From the NCBI RefSeq assembly GCF_036321535.1, contig NC_087437.1:8680001-8744000 (forward strand): a stretch of DNA of 64,000 nucleotides, read 5' to 3'. Shown one piece after another: positions 39,921 to 52,919 of this stretch; the stretch's first letter is position 1, and each line of letters opens with the position of its first letter. The translations under genes were made by a program, and so were the position numbers. The stretch is from Camelus dromedarius. Lineage: Eukaryota. Below the pieces are notes generated by a model. The model saw nothing but the letters and a program-made list of their open reading frames with translations. It did not search any database and was not told where the DNA came from.

Positions 39921-40099
39921 ATTAAAAGTGAATGGACCTTGTCATGTTCATTTTATGTCTCTCATCAGCATCTTGCATATAGACTCTCAAGTATTTATTG
40001 AAGACACAAGTCAACAATCAGCAATTATCTGCCTTTGTTTCACATTCTGACTAACTGTACTTATGTTTAAGCTGATAATTCTTTATTCAAGAGGAGTTG

Positions 40100-40811
40100 A
40101 GCCAGCAGTCCCACTCCTGGGCATATATCTGGAGGCAGCTCTAATTCAAAAAGATACACGCATCCCAATGTTCGTAGCAGCACTATATACAATAGCCATT
40201 GACAGATGACTGGATAAAGAAGATGTGGTATATTTATACAATGGAATACTACTCAGCCATAAAAAAGAATAAAATAATGCCATTTTCAGCAACATGGATG
40301 GACCTAGAGATCATCATACTAAGTACAATAAGTCAGAGAAAAACAAACATTATATGATATCAGTTATCTGTGGAATATAAAACAATGTTTCTGTTTATTT
40401 ATTAACAGAAGCAGATTCACAGGCCTAGAAAACAAATTTATGGTTACCAGGGGGAAAAAAAGGGGGAAGGATAAATTAGGAGTCTAGGATCTGCAAACAC
40501 TAACTGCTGTATATCAAACAGAAAACCCCAAATCTCTTACTGTTTAGCACAGGGGACTATATTCAATAGCTTGTAATAGCCTATAATGATAAAGAATATG
40601 AAAAAGAATATATACATACGTATAACTGAATCACTTTGCTGTGCACCGGAAACTAACACAACATTGTAAATCTACTGTTCTTCAATTAAAAAAAAAACCT
40701 TATGTCTACACAAAAAACTTTTAATAAAATTGTTCATAGAAACTTCACTTATTAGAGTCAACAACCAAAACAAACAAGCAAACAAACCAAACCAAAAATC
40801 AACAACAAAAA
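40100..40811 (+). mobile_element. 5'-truncated L1 with a probable 3' transduction
   Basis: L1 3' end up to the A-run ending at 40697; extra segment 40698-40759 with AATAAA; second A-rich tail; TSD-like aagagg(a/g)gttg at 40089 and 40812. Confidence 0.85.
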
Positions 40812-42449
40812 AAGAGGGGTTGGGATGGGGAAAGTACTAAGAGCACTGAAATGTTCCAGCACTTCAGAAGTTCTCCACTGAGCCATCTGAGACCCAGTCT
40901 AGTCCTAATCTGGAATTTTCCATGGTGAGCTGGTCTTTAATGTGGAGACTTAGAGCAGTTCCTGTGAAAAGTATCATCTGGGTACCAATTATATTGTCGT
41001 CGCTGTTATTACTTAAGAAAAAAGATTCAATTTGACTTTTGTTTGCCTGGAAGAGAAGTGCCAGTCTGGTCAAGTGGGTCACCACTTTGTGTTATTTTTG
41101 TTTGAAAAATGCACAATGAGTCTATTTGTGATGCAAAACAATCAGCACCTCTAATTTCAGCATCTCATTGTCCTAGGGTGTCTGTGCCTGTCTGAGGTCA
41201 AGTCACTTAGGCAGTTAAGCCTGGCTTTCAGTTTTAGAAAGGGCTCGGCAATCTGCTTTATTTATAGAAAGATGAATTAAAAGCAAGAACAGTCAAGGGG
41301 GCACCTATCCTTTTTTGGGTCCTGGCAGATGCTAGAGTCATTTATTTTGGAGCAAGTTGGGGCAAAGCCAACCCAATTTTGCTGTTTCATGGTCAATCAT
41401 TGACAGCATGATGGTACATGAATAGACAAGTGTCACTGCAGAAACCAGAGTAAAGGTTGAATTTTAGGTTGTTGAATCATAGTTGTTTCAAGATGAATGC
41501 TATAGCTAAAGCATTTTACTCTCATTTGTATTACCATATTCATCTATGTCAGAGGCTCACTTTTTAATCCTTAACATAACATTTTTAAGAGACCATATTT
41601 GGCAGATTTAGAAAAAGGGCATTTTAAGTTGAGATAAACTGCAATTTGAAGAGTGTACTGCTGGAATTAAAATAAAAAAAAAAAGACACGAAGGTCCTGA
41701 AGTCAAGTACAGACTCTTGATGCCTCCAATTTAGAATCCAGCATTACATCTTTATATACCATGGAGAGAGAACAAGTTCCTGTATCTGAACTGAGATTCT
41801 GCAAAGATGCTTGAGGCATTATGATGTTGCCTTCTTTGGATCTTTCATGTTTTCTTATCTGGAATGGATGGTCAGGCTCCACAAGATTTGAATCCAAGGC
41901 TTCATACATCTCAAAGTGCACTGAGCATGTGTGGTCTCCCAGGATGTGGGCTCTGATGCCAGGACCCCTGTTTCCTCTCCTGGATTGTGAGAAGTCACCT
42001 TGGAGCTGCACTTCTGGGTCTTTGGGAGAAAGCTGTACCTTTTTTTTTTTTTTTTTGCCACATGCAGTTGAAATCAGTGGAATCATCTTCACTAATGTCA
42101 GACGCTTTTATTTTTACTAGTGATCATCATTTAAGGCATAAAATGTTAGGCTCTGGGAAAATGAGTAGCTGCTCTACAGGAAAGTGCATATTCACAGGCT
42201 TCATTTCACACAGAAAAACAGTTCACCTCTTAGTTCTTGATTTTTTTTTTTTGTTTGTTTGTTTGGTCAGAGTGACCGTCTCACCTTAGATATCTTTAGT
42301 TGCCTAAGATCTTGTTGGGTCTGATTGAGCCGGTATGACAGCTACCCCAGGGCTTATGTTCCACTGAGCATCAAGGCTTATGCTTGCCCTAAGTCTGTTT
42401 AGCCCTTTACTGTCGTCTTCATTAATCCAAGCATTAATCCACTTATCTG

Positions 42450-43290
42450 TGCACTCATTCATTCAACAAATATTTATGAAACCTCATTAAGTGCCAAGTT
42501 CTCTAAAAGAACCTGGGGATAGACGCTCAGTATACTTGGCTTTTCAAGCAAAGTAAACTAAACACTGTACCTGCCCTCATGAAGCTTGTAGTGCAAAGTA
42601 CATTAAAAAAAAAAATGACTGCACCTGTAAATGTAAAATGACAGCTGTGCTAAGCTTACAAGGAGATTGTTTTTAGTGTTACAGAAACCTAGAATGTGAG
42701 AGCGTGGCCTGCCCAAGGAAGTGAGTGGTTTATTTAAATGCATTAGATAAAAAAATAAGTAGAAATGAGAAGTAGAGTTTTAAGCACAACGCAAGGCCTC
42801 GTAGTGGGAAGTAACATGTGTATGTCAAAAAGCTAAGACAGCCAGTGGCTAGAGCGTCAAGGATGAGAGAGAAAGACGGCAGGAGATTCTGCAAGGAAGG
42901 TCACTGGTATGACCAAGAGGAACTTGTTGGCCATCTTGGGGATTTTGGCTATTACCCTAAGACCAGTGGGAGCTCATTGTGTGATTTAAGCCAGGGATTG
43001 TGGAGGGATAAGCAGCTAGTGTGGGGATCAGAACTCAGATGGTGTCATGTTCAGATCTGTATTTGAAAAGGATCATTCTGACTGTGGTGTAGACTGGGTA
43101 TGCCAATGTGAATGCCAAATCAGGAGTAGAAGATAATAACCTTGGGGGGGTTTCAATACATAAAATCAAGGATTAAATAGGGTGAAGAGGGAAAGGAAAG
43201 AGTTAAGGATGTCTTTGGAGTATTGCTTGTGTAACTGAGCACGTGACGGTGCCATGAACTTGGACAGATAGCCCAGGAAAAGGGTGAGTA
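42450..43290 (-). mobile_element. L2 fragment including the 3' end
   Basis: ctcattcattcaacaaatatttatgaa; cctgccctcatgaagctt; tttgaaaaggatcattctgactg. Confidence 0.8.
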
Positions 43291-43579
43291 CCCTCCTGCT
43301 TGTCTGCCTCCCCTTTGATATCAGCATCCTCCATATACAACTGTTAGTTTTCGTTACAAAACATGAAGAAGGCAAGTGCAATGACTGCTGATGTACCATA
43401 CGACCGAGACGAACTTGATCCACCCTGATAATGGTGCTGCCGATAAAAAAGAGGTCAATTATTATAGCCAGAGAGAGTGGCGGAAAGAACGTGAGCTTTG
43501 AAGTTTGTAATTAGATACACTTGGCTCTAAATCATGGCTTACCACCTCTTAGTTTTGACAGAGTGGACAGTTTATTTTA

Positions 43580-43790
43580 AGGTTTCTCAGCCTGGGAACT
43601 ACTGACATTTTGAATGGGATGATTTTTGGAAAGTGGAAGGCTGTCCTCTCCATTTTAGGATGTTACGCAGTGTCTCTGGCTTCTACCTGCAAGATACTGG
43701 TAGCCATGCCTCTTTGTTCAAACAACAAAAAATGTCTCCAGACAATGTCAAATAGCCCCCAGGAGGCAAAATTTCCTCTGGTTGAGAGGA
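43580..43790 (-). mobile_element. MER20 DNA transposon
   Basis: ggtttctcagcctgggaactactgacatttt...aaaatgtctccagacaatgtcaaatagccccc...ggttgaga. Confidence 0.85.
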
Positions 43791-44884
43791 AATTTACCTT
43801 TACCTTTTTAATTACATCATTTGTAAAATAGTTGTGATCTGCATATCTTCTTGGCTGATACTTACTTGTTCCACAGAAAATTAGAAATACACAATTAGAC
43901 AGGAAAGTGAATACTTAGAATCATCAAGTAATCAGAACAAATCATGCATTTTAAAAGCTGACAGTATCATTAAGAACAAAATATATCAAAACATTTTCTT
44001 TTTGTTCAGGCTCCTTGGAAAGAGGGTCCTATGTATGCGGAGAGCCCTGAAATTCCATGACCATCACAGAAGGCAGGCCTCTGAGCAGAACTGATCATGT
44101 TGGAAAGATGGACATGGGATTAGAACACAAGTCGTGGACCCCAAGCTCTGCATGGGCTCTCCCCAGCAGGCTCCACTCGTGACTTTACTCTGAGGTAGAC
44201 ATGCTCCTCTATTCTGGTTCCCCCATACTGTGTGCCACCAACATCCACAGCAAACATTCTTTCATGATTGCAAGTCGTTGTTATATGCTAGAAGAGAATG
44301 CAATTTCTACTACCCACTCTGTCTTTGAAAAAGAGCTGCCAGTTATTTTAACACACTACTTATTATCCAGTTACAGAGGCCCCCTGCCCCCTTAAAAGCC
44401 TGTGGACTGGGAGATTAATGGTTCAGTGACTGAGTAAGCAAGGACCAGGCTTCAAACATCATGGGCCTCCTTCTGAAGTTTAACAGTGATCTTATCACCT
44501 TAGAAACAGCTTCCGCAATGGCCTCTTTATGGGAGTCACTGAAGAAATCATTGCCTGCTCTGAAATCTGTTGGAATTAGCATTGGCATCTAAAGACCCAT
44601 TAAGAGATTAAGGTTTCAAGGTTAGGCAACTACTAGTTACCAAGCATGTTAATGAAATTCCATATGGTCAGAGGCTTGGTTACCATGGAAATGACCTCTC
44701 TTTCCTTATATATAAAAGAAATCGTGTGTGTCAGGTTTTCTCTTTCAGGAGGACTTTCTCCTTTTGGAACAGTTAGATTTATGATAGATAGTGGCAATAA
44801 AATTTTGTTTTGGCTTCATAGGGCTTAATCTCAGGTGCTATTTTAATTGCTAATAATAATAACAATAACAACAACAACAACAAT

Positions 44885-45231
44885 TGCATTAGTTTGCCAA
44901 GGCCATACAAATATTGCAGCCTGGGTTGTTTAAACAACAGAAATGTATTTTCTCACAGTTCTAGGGGGGGCTCCAAGATCAAGGTGCTCGCAGGGCTGGG
45001 CCTGTCTTAAACCTGCCCTCTTGTGGAATATTTACACAGTGGTCCGTGTATGCACATTCCTGGGGCGTCTTTTAAGGACACTGGTCAGACTGAATTAGGG
45101 CTTACCCTGATGGTCTCATTTTAACTTAATTACCCCTTCAATGGTCTGATTTTCAAACACAGTCACATTCTGAGGAACTAGGGGTTAGGCCCCATATGAC
45201 TTTGGGAGGGATAACAGTTCAGCCCATAACA
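44885..45231 (-). mobile_element. MLT1B/C-like MaLR solo LTR
   Basis: tttaaacaacagaaatgtattttctcacagttct; gtcacattctgaggaactaggggttagg; ends cagttcagcccataaca. Confidence 0.82.
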
Positions 45232-45969
45232 GCAACTCTGTATATTTAGATAAACATTTACTGTTTAAAAAGCATTTTTCATATATTATTTTAATAGACT
45301 AAGTATCCTTAGACTTTCAGTAATTGTGACAAAGAGTAATTCCATTTTCCCTGCATTGCCTGGGAAAATAGAATTATTCAAATTCATGGTTTAATATAAT
45401 GTAGGCTCAGTGCATGTGTCATGGAGAGATATCTAGTTAGTGGATTACAGTCACTGGTTAGTTTATTCCCATGAATGCCATGTTTGAATGCCTATTGTTT
45501 TGGATGTGAGTTTTTCACAATGATGTCAGCCTGCCTATTTTTTGGTTTATGTTGCTTTGTGAGAGAGATGGGTTTTGGCAGTGACATAGAAGCAACAGTC
45601 ATGACTTCCTAAACTAAAAAAAAAAAAAAAAAAAGTCAGATTCTAAGCTCTTCAGGGTAAGCTAAAGAAGGGCACATTGTGTGCCTGATTTTAAGAACAG
45701 ATATCCCTTTCCATGTGAACTCTCCCTCTTGGGATATTTAATATAATAATTTGTAGAAAAGTGTACTGGAAATTTACACAACATACACAATAATCTAGTA
45801 TAACAAACATACTACTAAAAACATTTAAGATTTGTATGAGTTCCAGATAAGAGGATGGAGAAGACATTGGAATCTGTTATTTTTCCCAGAGGATTGAATG
45901 TCGTATTCTTGCTGTTCAAATGTAAGGTACTTCATCACAGTGATTCTCCTGTATTCATGTGATTATATC

Positions 45970-46260
45970 TTCTGAGCAGCTGGAAATTCTGTAGAAGAAA
46001 GTATGTGAGCTTAAGAGACCCAGAAAAGCCCAGCAATGAAAAGTTGGAGATGATAAGGACTATTGAGAGAAGTGTGAATAGAAAAGTGATCGAATGAAAG
46101 TCACTGAGATCTTGTTAAGGAGTCTGGGTTTAGAGAAGTGAACAGTGAAAATCCTGAAGAACGCTTGACATCAGGTAGTGAAGGAATCCCTCCCTGGAAG
46201 ATCAGTCAGCTTGATGTTCGCCATTGTTCCAGGGGAGACGAAGATGAAGAGCTACCCCTG
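45970..46260 (+). mobile_element. Possible Tigger/pogo transposase C-terminal relic
   Basis: Manual translation DLVKESGFREVNSENPEERLTS resembles the acidic GFxEVDEEDVEELL-type tail of Tigger transposases. Confidence 0.4.
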
Positions 46261-46893
46261 CTCAACTGGAAAATGTTACAATAAATATCAGGAGATGTAT
46301 ACAAAATACTTGTTTTGGCAAGTGAGTGTGATTGTGTCCTGAGTCAAACCATCACACCCCAAAGCTGCAATTGCAAGTGTGTTATCAGTAGCAAATGGAA
46401 CCCAAACATTTCTCATTTGGTCAGTTGGTCTGTTGCTTCATAAGTGGCTTTCATCAAAGATTCATGGCCATTCACTTCCAGAGTCTTGGGAACCAAGAAG
46501 AGAAAATTACCTTTCGTGCCTTAGATTCAGAAAGTTGGCAATTTACTGTTTTACTTAGCCCTTCAACAGCTCTCTCTGCTGACCCCCATTGCCACCAAAA
46601 AGCGTGTGTGACTACAGCCTTTAAGCCTCTCTTTTTGCCACCAAACCTTCCTAGAGAAACTCTTCCAGTTCTAGATGACTGTTAAAAAGTATTTTACTAA
46701 GGGTGGTTTTTCAGCCATTGGTCATCGTAGCATCATGTCACTATTTGTATCCTAGGTCATTGTCACTGACGTATAGGTGGGAAATATGATGACACCTGGT
46801 ATTGTGTGGTATCCAGTTGTCTTAGTGTTAGATGACTAGGAGTTAATATTTACTTGTGCATATTTACTTGTGACATAGTAGGAGCTCATATTT

Positions 46894-47319
46894 AAAAAAA
46901 AAAGTTTTATCAACGTCTAGTCAGTTTACAACGTTGTGTCAATTTCTGGTGCACAGCATCACGTTTCAGTCATACATATACATACATAGATTCCTTTTCA
47001 GATTCTTTTTCATTATAGGTTACTATGAGATATTGAATATAGTTGCCTGGGCTATACAGAAGAAACTTGTTGTTTATCTACTTTATGTATAGTAGGCAGT
47101 GTCTGCAAATACTGAACTCCCAATTTATCTCTTCCTGCTCCCTTTCCCCCTTAGTAACCGTAAGTTTGTTTTCTATGTCTGTGAGTCTTTTTCTGTTTTG
47201 TAAATAAGTTCATTTGTCTCATTTTTTAAGATTCCACATGTAAGTGATATCATATGGCATTTTTCTTTCTCTTTCTGGCTTACTTCACTTAGAATGACAA
47301 TCTCCAGGTCCATCCAAAA
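46894..47319 (-). mobile_element. 5'-truncated L1 3' UTR
   Basis: L1 3' motifs; perfect 12-bp TSD gagctcatattt at 46882-46893 and 47320-47331. Confidence 0.92.
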
Positions 47320-48539
47320 GAGCTCATATTTTTGATGAAACGAAGAGGGGGGAGGGGTGGGAGGGAGGGAGGGAGGGAGGGAAAGAAAATAACCCTCTCT
47401 AACACTGCCAATTTCTAGGCTACCTGAAATCTTCATCATTGTATGACAGTATCTTTCTATGAAGAAATGTATTCAGAATTACAAACATTTTCCACATAAA
47501 CTTTTGGCACACAAAACTGGGGTACTGCTCTATTTCTTATCAGAATTTTCCTGGCGGTTTCCTATGAATCCCTTGTTGAGACCTGGCTATGTTTTTCCTT
47601 CTTACCTGATTTTTAATTGCTCATTTCAGTGCCTTGTGCTTCAGATACAGACTTCCTTTTTCTCCCCAGCTGAAACTGCTCCTCTGGGACCATTCTTGAT
47701 GCCCCCAAGCCCTATGTGCCTGAAAATCAAACTGGCATAGTCTGAGAGCAGGGCTGTATGCAGTTGCGTGCTGTGCACGTGGTTTTGGAGGATGGCAGCA
47801 GAGCCTTCATGCCCCTCCAGAATTAGCTACTCAGGCTGTGGCTCCCACCCGACCTCTCTCCCCAGGGCGGGCTTACAGTTCCCTCTCACTGTAATGGGAA
47901 AGCTTGTAATGAGGCTTCTGCTTTGCCCCTGGTGCTAACATGATGGTGGGGTATCACTTCATTTCCATGTAGTCTGTCCTCTGGGGAATTTTTCAGGTGC
48001 AGCCTAGCTAGGAAGATGTCTTCTCATTAACACTGTCGCTACATCTGGTAAATTTCTTCCTTCCTGTTAGGGTTGAAGGTGGAAATTGTCACTCAGATTT
48101 GCAGCACAGTAAAAAATAATTTTTTTTCAAGGCTTTCTTGGAAAGGCTAATAGAATTTCTCAGGAAAGTATGCAGGAAGGTTGACTTATTTCTACTTATT
48201 AATTTTTATTTGGTTTCTGAGGAATGGAAAACCATTGGATGAGGGTGCTTTCCAAAGCCATAACAAAATTAAGTCCTTTTGAGTATGTTCTATGGTTTTT
48301 CTCATCTGCCTCTCTCCCTCTCGTGGACTTGGGAATTATTTTTCATTTTAAATCACTCATGCAAAATCATGTGTTTCTGTTCATTTTTGGTGATTGTTTC
48401 CATTGACCAAGAATCTTGAGAAGTAAATAGAATTTGACAATTTTTATTTAATAGAAGAGAAAGTTTGTCAAGTTGAACACAAATAGCTTCTTACAGTGTC
48501 ACCATATATTTTGAAACTGTTCATTCGAAACAAGCTTAG

Positions 48540-48870
48540 AAATCCCTATAGAAATTATGAACTCAGCATTGATTAGCAACAGTTGCTAGTGTCACAAAAA
48601 GAAAAGCAGGTAGATATTATGTGTCCCCAGGTAGAAGAACATGATACTACCTCCACAATATTCTTGCCAAGAAATTAAATCTGAATTTGGTCAAACCTAC
48701 GTCTATAATTTGCCAGGAGATAGAAAGACAAAAGGGCGTTAACATCGTGGGAATGCAATCAACAAAATACAGGACTTGTTTATTTGACAAATAGATTGTA
48801 TGGAGAAACAAAAAAGGAGTTAGAGGGAAGTCTACAGATTTAAAGAGTTTGAAGAAATGCATCAACTCAC
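48540..48870 (+). mobile_element. Old L1MC4/5-like 3' fragment
   Basis: tattcttgccaagaaattaaatctgaatttggtcaaacct; tgggaatgcaatcaacaaaatacag. Confidence 0.65.
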
Positions 48871-50235
48871 TCTAGACTGGATCCTAAGAGAGAAAGATGG
48901 GAGTTATTGCCTAAATTCTTGGTTGAAATGATGAGGGAGTACAGTCTTAGAAAAGCCAAATAACCCTGGCCACGGTCATTCAGCTACACAAACACTGACT
49001 GTCAAAGTTCTTGTTCTCTGGTGCCATGTGTCTTAGCAGCATGGAGAATCTTACATTATACACGTAGGTCATGACTTCCAACTTAAACAGAACTCGAATA
49101 GAAAGTAAGTAATGGAATAAAACTCTATATGGTCATATAAGTAAATGGTAGTATTTATTTTTCTCAGTTTGAATTTTATTATAGCTTACATGTAACAACT
49201 GTAATAGCCTATGCAATTCCACATTTGAAAGAAGGAATTCAAATAAAATGGAAACATGAAAACATGTTACCATTCTTCCCCTGAAAGGTCAAGTGTACTC
49301 TGGGCAGGTGCAAGGCAGTAGCTGATCAATTCGCCTTTGAACCACATGTGTGGCGAACTGATGTTTTATGTGCGCAACCAAAACCAAAATAACTTCATTT
49401 GATTAGCACTCTTGTTCATGAGCTAGAATCAATCCCTTTTCATAAGCGTATTTGAAAGTTGATGTCATACTTTGCCATGTCAGGAGAAAAGCTTTCTCTG
49501 CATTTGACTGAATTAAGATTAAAATGAATCTCTTATGCTAGATCTTTTTCCTTATATCTCCCATACAACAGGAGAAAGTTGATCCTGGGAAAGTAAATAT
49601 ACTCCAGGAAAGTTACAGTGTCAAAATCTGTTGTTTTTAAAAAATATATTTCCACATTCATACTTACACCATATTTGTAAGATGTTGGAAGGATTCAATT
49701 TGGGAAGGTTCGGAGTATGACTGGAGGAAAGATTTTAAATGCTTTATCATGTAGGCAGAAAAGGATATGTATTTTGGAAATACATAAAAGGAAACATTTT
49801 TTCACTACTTTCCTCTCATTACTGCCAGTCTTTCCTTAACTTTTGAACTTGATGAAATGTCCATGACTGTATTCTAGTCATACATTGAAAATATAATGAT
49901 AGTATCAGTGGAACAGTCCAAACATAAGGCATGTTTATCTCTCAGTCATGGTGTAGAAGAGGTGGCCACCAATAGAGATCCTTTTTAATATAAAGATGCA
50001 ATTCATCTGTTGAATAATTTGGATAGTGTATCTTAATTCATGATTTTTTGTACTGCAATCAGGAAATAATAGATATTAAGTGGCCAAATCAGGAAATCTG
50101 AAATGATTTTGAAGTCAGCAAATTAACAGATTTTAACTGAGCACCTACTATGTGCCAGTCACAGTGCTATGTATGCCCTTTTGAGAGAGCAAAATGAATA
50201 AGGCAATATTTCTAGTGAATTCATCTCCACCTCCC

Positions 50236-52285
50236 CCCCCCCCGTTTTTTCGAGGTATAGTTGACATACAGCACTGTGTAAGCTTGAGGTGTAACGCATA
50301 ATGATTTAACTTAGACACATCATGGAATGATGACCACAATAGGTCTAGTGAACATCCATCATCTTATATAGTCACATTAAAGAAATGAACATTTTTTTCC
50401 CTTGTGATGAGAACTCTTAAGATTAACTCTCTTAACAACTTTCATTGATAACGTACAGCAGTGTTATCTTTATGTTGAACATTACATCCCTCGTACTTAC
50501 TTATCTTATAACTGGAAGTTTGTACATTTTGACTACCTTCATCTAATTCCTCCTCCACCCACTCCCACCTTTGGTAATCACAAATCTGGTCTCTTTTCTG
50601 AAGAGCTTGTTTGTTTATTTTTGAAGTACAATTGACCTTCAACACTATGTTAGTTCCTGGTATACAGCATAGTGATTCAATATTTCTGTATGTTTCAAAA
50701 TGATCACCATAAGTTCAGTTGTCATCTGTCCCTATACAAAGCTATCACATAGTTATTGACTATACTTCCCACATTGTACATTTCACACCTGTGATTCACT
50801 CATTTTGTAATTGAGAATTTGTACCTTTTAATCTCCCTTATCTATTTCTCTCCTCCCTCCACCTCTTTCCCGTCTGGCAGCCACCTGTTTGTTCTCTGTA
50901 TCTATGACTCTGTTTTTGTTTGGTTATGTTTGTTCATTTATTTTGTTTTTTAGATTCCACATGTAAGTTGAAATCATATAGTATTTATCTTTCTCTGTCT
51001 CACTTACCTTAATATCCTTTAGATCCATCCATGTTGTCACAAATGGCAGTATTTCATTCTTTTTTATGGCTAAGCATTAGTCCATTGTATATATCAAATC
51101 ATCTTTACCCAGCCATCTGGCAATGGACACTTAGGTTGCTTCCGTATCTTGGCTATTGTAAATAATGCCACAGTGAACATGGGAGTGCATGTATCTTTTT
51201 GAATTAATGTTTTCATTTTTTTTTCAGATAAATTCCCAGAAATGAAATTGCTGGATCATATGGTAGCTCTAGTTTTAATTTTTTGAGGGCTCTCTGTACT
51301 GTTTTACATAGTGGTTGCACCAATTTCCATTCCCACAAACGGTGCCCAAGGGTTCCCCTTTCTCCACATTCTCACCAACACTTGTTATTTGTGGTCTTTT
51401 TGATAATAGCCATTCTGACAGGTGGGAGGTGATGTTTCATTGTGGTTTTGATTTTCATTTCCCTGATGACTAGTGATACTGAGCATCTTTTCATGTGCCT
51501 GTTGGCCATTTGTACGTATTCATTGGAAAAATGTGTATTCAGGTCATCTGCCTATTTTTTAATTTCTTTTTTCTTTTTTTTTTTTTTTTTGGTAGGAGGC
51601 TTTTGGTGTTGAGTTGTATGAGTTCTTTGCATATTTTGGATATTAACCCCTTGTCAGACATATTATTTGCAAATATCTTCTATTCAGTAGGTGGCCTTTC
51701 GCTTTGTTGATAGTTTCCTTCATTGTGCAAAAGCTTTTTGGTTTGCTGTAGTCCCATTTGTTAATTTTTGCCTTTGTTTTCTATGCACGAGGAGACATAT
51801 CTATTAAAATACTGCTAATTCTGATGTCAGAGAGCATGCTGCCTGTGTTTTCTTCTAGGAGTTTTATGGTTTTGGTCTTACATTTAAGTCTTTAACCCAT
51901 TTTGAGTTTATTTTTGCATATAGTGTGAGAGAGTGGTCCTGTTTGAATCTTTCAGTTCTAGCTGTCCAGGTTTTCCAATACCATTTATTGCAGAGGCTGT
52001 CTTTTCCCTATTATTTATTCTTGTTTCCTTTGTTGTAGATTAACTGCCCATTTAAGTGCGTGTTTTTATTTCTGGGCTCTCTATTCAGTTCCATTGATCT
52101 TTGTGTTAGTTTTTAATGCCAGTACCATACTGTTTTGATTACTGTAGCTCTGTAGTATAGTTTGAAATAAGAGATAGTGATACCTCCTGTTTTGGTCTTT
52201 CTTAAAATTGTTTTGGCTATTTAGGGTCATCTGTATTTCCATACAAAGTTTAGAATTATTTGTTCTAGTTCTGTGAAAAATGCCA
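50236..52285 (-). mobile_element. 5'-truncated L1 (about 2 kb; ORF2 3' part + long 3' UTR with two stacked 3' ends)
   Basis: Continuous ORF2-like DNA at 51000-52285; 3' termini at about 50245 and about 50620. Confidence 0.9.
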
Positions 52286-52919
52286 TACATCTTTAAACCA
52301 TTTTTAAAGAATTAACTGGGTTGTAAGAAAACTTACACTCTCAATTTCTCATTGAATGCTGGATATTTTACCAGAAACTGAGAATGTAGGAAAATGAGGC
52401 ATCATATGACTTAATATATTCTCATTTTACATTAGATGTGTGTCCACCACATTTTCATATTCATAATAGAACACATTATCTGACAGCAGAATACAATATT
52501 TGAAGTCAAGACTTACAGGATTCAATTTGTTGAAGAAAACTCTAGATTTTTACAGTCCATTTCTTTATTATAAGTATTCTACATTTGTCACTTTGGGGCA
52601 GCTGAGACAAAGAAGAATGTCAAGGAGACACGAGGAGCATGAGATGGGGAGACTGAGGTCTGCAGAACTCAATATTGTGTAGAGGAACCAATCAGGAGTA
52701 TTTTCTGATTGGACTGTCATATCTGTATCAAATCCCTCATAGTATGTATGCTAACTTGCCCTACTCTCTACATACTATCTGCTGTCCAGGCTAACAAAGG
52801 TGTACGGTGAAATGGATAGTCCTTAACAGTAGACAATCATGGACCTTGCTCTAGCCATTCACTCATTTACTCTTTCTCTCACTCACCAAATATCTGAATG
52901 ACTCTTTTATGCAAAGGAT

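Noticed and set aside
41703..42092. 129-aa minus-strand ORF
   Set aside because: It spans a mononucleotide run (poly-K) and resembles no protein I recognise.
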